Of a stretch of DNA of 64,000 nucleotides, positions 60,231-64,000 are shown in pieces. The stretch is from Candidatus Eiseniibacteriota bacterium. Lineage in GTDB: Bacteria; Eisenbacteria; RBG-16-71-46. How positions within the stretch are numbered: position 1 is the stretch's first letter; each line of letters begins with the position of its first letter. A program made the translations under genes and the position numbers. The notes below the pieces were generated by a model, which saw only the letters and a program-made list of their open reading frames with translations, was not told where the DNA came from and did no database searches. The stretch covers positions 1,728,001 through 1,792,000 of the forward strand of contig OY970178.1 of NCBI GenBank assembly GCA_963707915.1. The letters are read 5' to 3'.

Positions 60231-62114
60231 TCATCGGACCAGCACCGCGCCGTCCTTGCAGACGTCCATGCAGGTGCCGCACTGGATGCACTTGTCCTGC
60301 GCGATGGTGTGGAGCTCGCGGCGCACGCCGGTGATCGCGTCGGTCGGACAGACCTTCACGCACGCGGTGCAACCGGTGCAGTCCTCGGTGATGGTGTAGC
60401 GGATGAGCGCCTTGCAGACCCCCGCCGGGCAGCGCCGCTCGCGGATGTGGGCCTCGTACTCGGCGCGGAAGTAGCGCAGGGTCGAGAGCACCGGGTTCGC
60501 CGCGGTCTGCCCCAGGCCGCAGAGCGAGCCGTCGGCCAGCACCGCGCCGAGGTCCTCGAGCAGCGCCAGGTCCTGCTCGCGGCCCTCCCCCGCCGTGATG
60601 CGCGTGAGCACCCCGCGCAGGTTCACCAGGCCCTCGCGGCACGGCGTGCACTTGCCGCACGACTCGTCGCACAGGAAGTCCACGAAGTAGCGCGCCACGT
60701 CCACCATGCAGGTGCGGTCGTCCATCACGATCATGCCGCCCGAGCCCATCATCGAGCCGGCCTCGACCAGCGTGTCGAAGTCCACCGCCAGGTCGAGCTT
60801 CGACTCGGGCAGGCAGCCGCCCGAGGGACCGCCGGTCTGCACCGCCTTGAACGCCCGACCGTCCGGGATGCCGCCGCCGATGTCGAAGACGATCTCGCGC
60901 AGCGTGATGCCCATCGGCACCTCGACCAGCCCCGAGTTGCGGATGTTCCCGACCAGCGAGAACACCTTGGTGCCGCTGCTGCCGCCCCAGGGCGACTTCG
61001 AGACGTCGCCGGTGCCGATCGCGGCGAACCACTCCGGCCCGTTCAGGACGATCTGCGGGACGTTGGCCCAGGTCTCGACGTTGTTGAGCACCGTCGGCAG
61101 GTCGCGGAAGCCGTGCTCCACGGTGTGCACGTACTTCGCCCGCGGCTCGCCTGCGCGGCCCGCCATCGAGGCCATCAGCGCGGTGGACTCGCCGCAGACG
61201 AACGCGCCGGCGCCGCGGTGGACGGTGATGTCGAACGCCATCCCCGCGCCGAGCACGTCCGCGCCCAGCAGCCCCCAATCGCGCGCCTGCGCCAGCGCCC
61301 GGGTCAGGCGCTTCAGCGCCAGCGGGTACTCGTGGCGGATGTAGACGAAGCCCTCGACCGCGCCGATCGCCCGCGCCCCGATCAGCATGCCCTCGATCAC
61401 CGCGTGCGGGTCGGCCTCGACGATGCTGCGGTCCATGAAGGCGCCCGGGTCGCCCTCGTCCCCGTTGCAGACCACGAAGGGGCGCACGCCCTGCGCGCGC
61501 GCCGCGGCGAGGCAGCTCTGCCACTTCACGCCGGCCGGGAACCCGCCGCCGCCGCGCCCGCGCAGCCCCGAGCGGACCAGCCGCTGCACCAGCGCGTCGC
61601 CGTCGAGCCCTTCGCGCAGCACCTTCGCCAGCGCCTGGTAGGCGCCGGTGCGGATCGCGTCGGCGATGTCCTCGGGGTCGATCTTGCCGCGGTTGCGCAG
61701 CGCGATGCACTGCTGCTTGGCGAAGAACTCGATGTCCTTCTCGAGCGGGACCGGCTTGCCGCCGTCCGCCGCGTGGAAGAGGAAGGCCTCGAGCGGCTGC
61801 TGCTTCACGAAGTGCGACTCGATCAGCTCGGGCACGGCCTCGGGCTTGAGGCGCTCGTAGAACACGCCCTCGGGCTGGACCACGCAGATCGGCCCGTGGG
61901 CGCAGAAGCCGTTGCACCCGGTGGCCACCACCTGGATCTCGTCCTGCAGGCCGCGGCGCTCCAGCTCCCGGCGGAAGGCGTCGCGCAGCGGCAGCGACTT
62001 GGCCGAGACGCAGCCGGTGCCGGCGCAGACCATGAGCATGGACTTCCAGCCCGCGTGCCGGCGCTGCGCCTCGTGCGCCAGCGCGCCGAGGTTCTCGAGG
62101 GTCGCCCTAGGCAT
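60231..62114 (-). CDS. NuoF/HydB (BfuB)-like FMN/NAD-binding subunit
   Basis: CAGTGC..GCNGFC, LRGRGGGGFP, NGDEGDPGAFMDR, GAGAFVCGE, NNVET, GGPSGGC, ESCGKCTPCREG, SLCGLG, H..CPAGVC, two C-terminal [4Fe-4S] motifs. Confidence 0.93.
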   Translation of the reverse strand: MPRATLENLGALAHEAQRRHAGWKSMLMVCAGTGCVSAKSLPLRDAFRRELERRGLQDEIQVVATGCNGFCAHGPICVVQPEGVFYERLKPEAVPELIESHFVKQQPLEAFLFHAADGGKPVPLEKDIEFFAKQQCIALRNRGKIDPEDIADAIRTGAYQALAKVLREGLDGDALVQRLVRSGLRGRGGGGFPAGVKWQSCLAAARAQGVRPFVVCNGDEGDPGAFMDRSIVEADPHAVIEGMLIGARAIGAVEGFVYIRHEYPLALKRLTRALAQARDWGLLGADVLGAGMAFDITVHRGAGAFVCGESTALMASMAGRAGEPRAKYVHTVEHGFRDLPTVLNNVETWANVPQIVLNGPEWFAAIGTGDVSKSPWGGSSGTKVFSLVGNIRNSGLVEVPMGITLREIVFDIGGGIPDGRAFKAVQTGGPSGGCLPESKLDLAVDFDTLVEAGSMMGSGGMIVMDDRTCMVDVARYFVDFLCDESCGKCTPCREGLVNLRGVLTRITAGEGREQDLALLEDLGAVLADGSLCGLGQTAANPVLSTLRYFRAEYEAHIRERRCPAGVCKALIRYTITEDCTGCTACVKVCPTDAITGVRRELHTIAQDKCIQCGTCMDVCKDGAVLVR

Positions 62115-62658
62115 CGGCGTCCTCCGCCGGGCCCTTCGCCCCCTGCGCGGCCACCGAGCCGGTGTTGCGGTGCCGGCGCATCAGCTTGCCGACCTTGGAG
62201 GAGTCCACCCCGCCGACCAGCTCGGCCCCGAAGGTCACCACCGGCGCCAGCCCGCAGCAGCCCAGGCAGCGCACGCCCTCGAGGCTGTACTTCTGGTCCG
62301 CGGTGGTCTCGCCCGGCTTCACCCCCAGCTCGCGGCCGAAGGCGTCGAGCACCCGCGCCGCGCCCTGCACGTGGCAGGCGGTGCCGGTGCAGACCTGGAT
62401 CGTGGTCTCGCCGCGCGGCACCAGCGAGAACGCCTTGAAGAACGTGGCGATGTGGTAGAGCCGCGCCAGGTCCGCCTGGGTGCGCTCGGCGATGCGCTCG
62501 AGCGCGGCCTTCGGCAGGTGGCGGTAGTGCTTCTGGACGTCCTGCAGCATCTCGACCGCGAACTCGGGGTCCGCGCCCCAGCGGTCCACGATCGAGTCCA
62601 CCGCGAGCACGTCCGGGACGAGCACGGACCGCCCGGCGCCGTTCCCTCCCGCGCTCAT
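62107..62658 (-). CDS. NuoE/HydC (BfuC)-like [2Fe-2S] subunit
   Basis: LQDVQ, ATFFKAFSL, VCTGTACHV, CLGCCGLAP. ATG overlaps the stop of the upstream gene. Confidence 0.92.
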   Translation of the reverse strand: MSAGGNGAGRSVLVPDVLAVDSIVDRWGADPEFAVEMLQDVQKHYRHLPKAALERIAERTQADLARLYHIATFFKAFSLVPRGETTIQVCTGTACHVQGAARVLDAFGRELGVKPGETTADQKYSLEGVRCLGCCGLAPVVTFGAELVGGVDSSKVGKLMRRHRNTGSVAAQGAKGPAEDADA

Positions 62659-63437
62659 GGCGCCTCCACCGACATCGCCCAGCGCGGGCGGTTCTTCGCG
62701 CTGCGCGCCACGATCGCCTTGAGGTTCTTGTTCATCATCACGCTGCCCAGCCCGCCGCGGCCGGCCTGCTTGAGGCGCGGTTCGTTGCGCTTCCAGTCGA
62801 AGAACGAGACGTTGATGCAGCCGATCAGCGTGTGGAGCGCGCCGCGGCCCGCCGAGACCACCGAGATGTCCTGCAGCTCGGCCGGCGTGCGCGCGTACAT
62901 GGCGTGCAACTGGCCGGCGACGTCGTAGGAGTCGAGCGCCTCGTGCGGGGCGGTCTCGAGCGTGACGCGGTGCGCGTCGCCGTCGATGACCAGCAGCACG
63001 AACTCCGCGGCCTTGCCGCGCACCTCGAGGGCGTCGAAGCCGGCGAACTTGAGCAGCGGTCCGAAGTGCCCGCCGACGTTGCAGTCCATCACCGAGCTGG
63101 TGAGCGGTGAGATGCCGGTGACCAGGCACTTGCCCGAGCCCGAGAAGTAGGGCGTGCCGGCCAGCGGGCCCGCCGAGAAGTACAGCCCGTTGCGCGGGTC
63201 GTCCCAGGCGATCGGGCCGGGGACCGACTTCCACATCAGGTAGAGGTCGAAGCCCTTGCCGCCCGTGAAGGTGTCCTTCATGTAGGGCGTCACCGGGCGG
63301 ACCTCGATGGTGTTGGCCCCGAGGTCCACGTGCAACGTGCGGTTCGCGTAGCCGCGCTCGACCTCGCCGGGCGGGTAGTCGAGCGCGGCCAGGACACGAT
63401 GGGCCGCCTTCATCTCGTTCAGCGCGATGGGATTCAT
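62655..63437 (-). CDS. Stand-alone N-terminal domain of an aldehyde:ferredoxin oxidoreductase (tungstopterin family)
   Basis: GYANRTLHVDL, FTGGKG, GPLAG, GSGK, SPLT, NVGGHFG, KFAGFD, AGRGGLGSVM, KNLKAIV. GGAG RBS; clean stop in an ATGA overlap. Confidence 0.9.
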   Translation of the reverse strand: MNPIALNEMKAAHRVLAALDYPPGEVERGYANRTLHVDLGANTIEVRPVTPYMKDTFTGGKGFDLYLMWKSVPGPIAWDDPRNGLYFSAGPLAGTPYFSGSGKCLVTGISPLTSSVMDCNVGGHFGPLLKFAGFDALEVRGKAAEFVLLVIDGDAHRVTLETAPHEALDSYDVAGQLHAMYARTPAELQDISVVSAGRGALHTLIGCINVSFFDWKRNEPRLKQAGRGGLGSVMMNKNLKAIVARSAKNRPRWAMSVEAP

Positions 63438-63676
63438 GAGGTCTCCGGGCCGTCCGGGGTGGGACCGGCGCAAGCGGCCCGAGTATGCCACAACGTCGAC
63501 GGAGCTTCACGGGGCGGGGCGGATCGGACCGGCGGCGCCGCCGAACGATATTCGGCGGTCCCTCCCCGCACGCGCCGGATCGGCCGAGCCCGCTCCCGGC
63601 GCGGCCCGGCCGCGGGATGCCCGGGTGCGGCCGGGTGCGATAAGATGCCGCGCAGCCAACCACGGGAGGGACCCGG

Positions 63677-64000
63677 ATGTTCTGCACGCGCTTCAAGAAC
63701 GAGCCCATCTGCGACTACTCCGTCGAGGCCAACGTCCGGGCGGCCGAGCGGGCCATCGCCGCGCTGGAGAAGTCGCTCGGCGGCTACCACCCCGCCGTCA
63801 TCGGCGGCCGCGAGGTCGAGACCGAGAAGAGCATCGTCTCGCTCTGCCCGGCGCAGCCCGACCGCGTGGTCGGCCGGGCGGCCAGCTGCACGCGCACCCA
63901 CGTGGACGAGGCCGTCGCCGGGGCGCGGAAGGCGTTCGCCTCCTGGGCGCGCACCGACCCCGAGACCCGCGCCGAGACGCTGATGAGGCTCGCGGCGCTC
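63677..64000 (+). CDS. pruA: 1-pyrroline-5-carboxylate (glutamate semialdehyde) dehydrogenase, 5' part (runs off window)
   Basis: Not in the ORF track. GGAGG RBS, MFCTRFKNEPICDYS..VIGG..SLCPAQPDRVVG..AVAGARKAFASWA..RAETL matches the PruA/RocA N-terminus. Confidence 0.8.
   Translation, partial: MFCTRFKNEPICDYSVEANVRAAERAIAALEKSLGGYHPAVIGGREVETEKSIVSLCPAQPDRVVGRAASCTRTHVDEAVAGARKAFASWARTDPETRAETLMRLAAL

Noticed and set aside
58225..61917. 1230-aa ORF as a giant AOR fusion
   Set aside because: The first ~560 aa are an off-frame shadow of the NuoF-like gene. Real coding starts at 60234 or 60210.
60231..62658. Respiratory complex I (nuoEF) or hydrogenase genes
   Set aside because: There are no membrane Nuo subunits and no H-cluster or NiFe motifs. 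The Fe-S subunit is fused to AOR domains instead.

Overview
Very GC-rich bacterial chromosome segment (about 70-75% GC by eye). A secreted protein ending in 'STWGALKLHYR' hints at a Candidatus Eisenbacteria/FCB-adjacent lineage (inference only). I found no rRNA, tRNA, CRISPR array, transposase or integrase. Content from left to right: (1) two convergent genes that share a near-identical ~1.45 kb 5' part (degenerate sulfotransferase-like plus TPR-like) fused to different C-terminal enzymes (radical SAM/SPASM versus methyltransferase). They form a long inverted repeat, and their upstream regions share sigma54/activator-like motifs. (2) Three hybrid histidine kinases, glgP and an orphan GspE/PilB-REC ATPase behind three sigma28-like promoters. 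(3) An AmmeMemoRadiSam operon whose radical SAM enzyme has a Tat-like signal and a CxxCH motif. (4) A fused PreT-PreA enzyme. (5) A trpE-G-D-CF-B-A-aroF operon with an unannotated Trp-rich leader peptide and attenuator. (6) Hydrolases, ligA, polX and an M13 peptidase. (7) An operon in which a tungsten-type aldehyde oxidoreductase (AOR) is split in two around a NuoEFG/HydCBA-like (Bfu-type) module, with the AOR C-terminal half fused to the Fe-S subunit, followed by thiS/moaD and moeB. Four genes (glgP, trpE, trpG, moeB) each carry one extra base, most likely from sequencing error. The best candidates for undescribed systems are the split AOR-Bfu complex, the inverted constant-N/variable-C enzyme pair and the apparently exported AmmeMemoRadiSam system.
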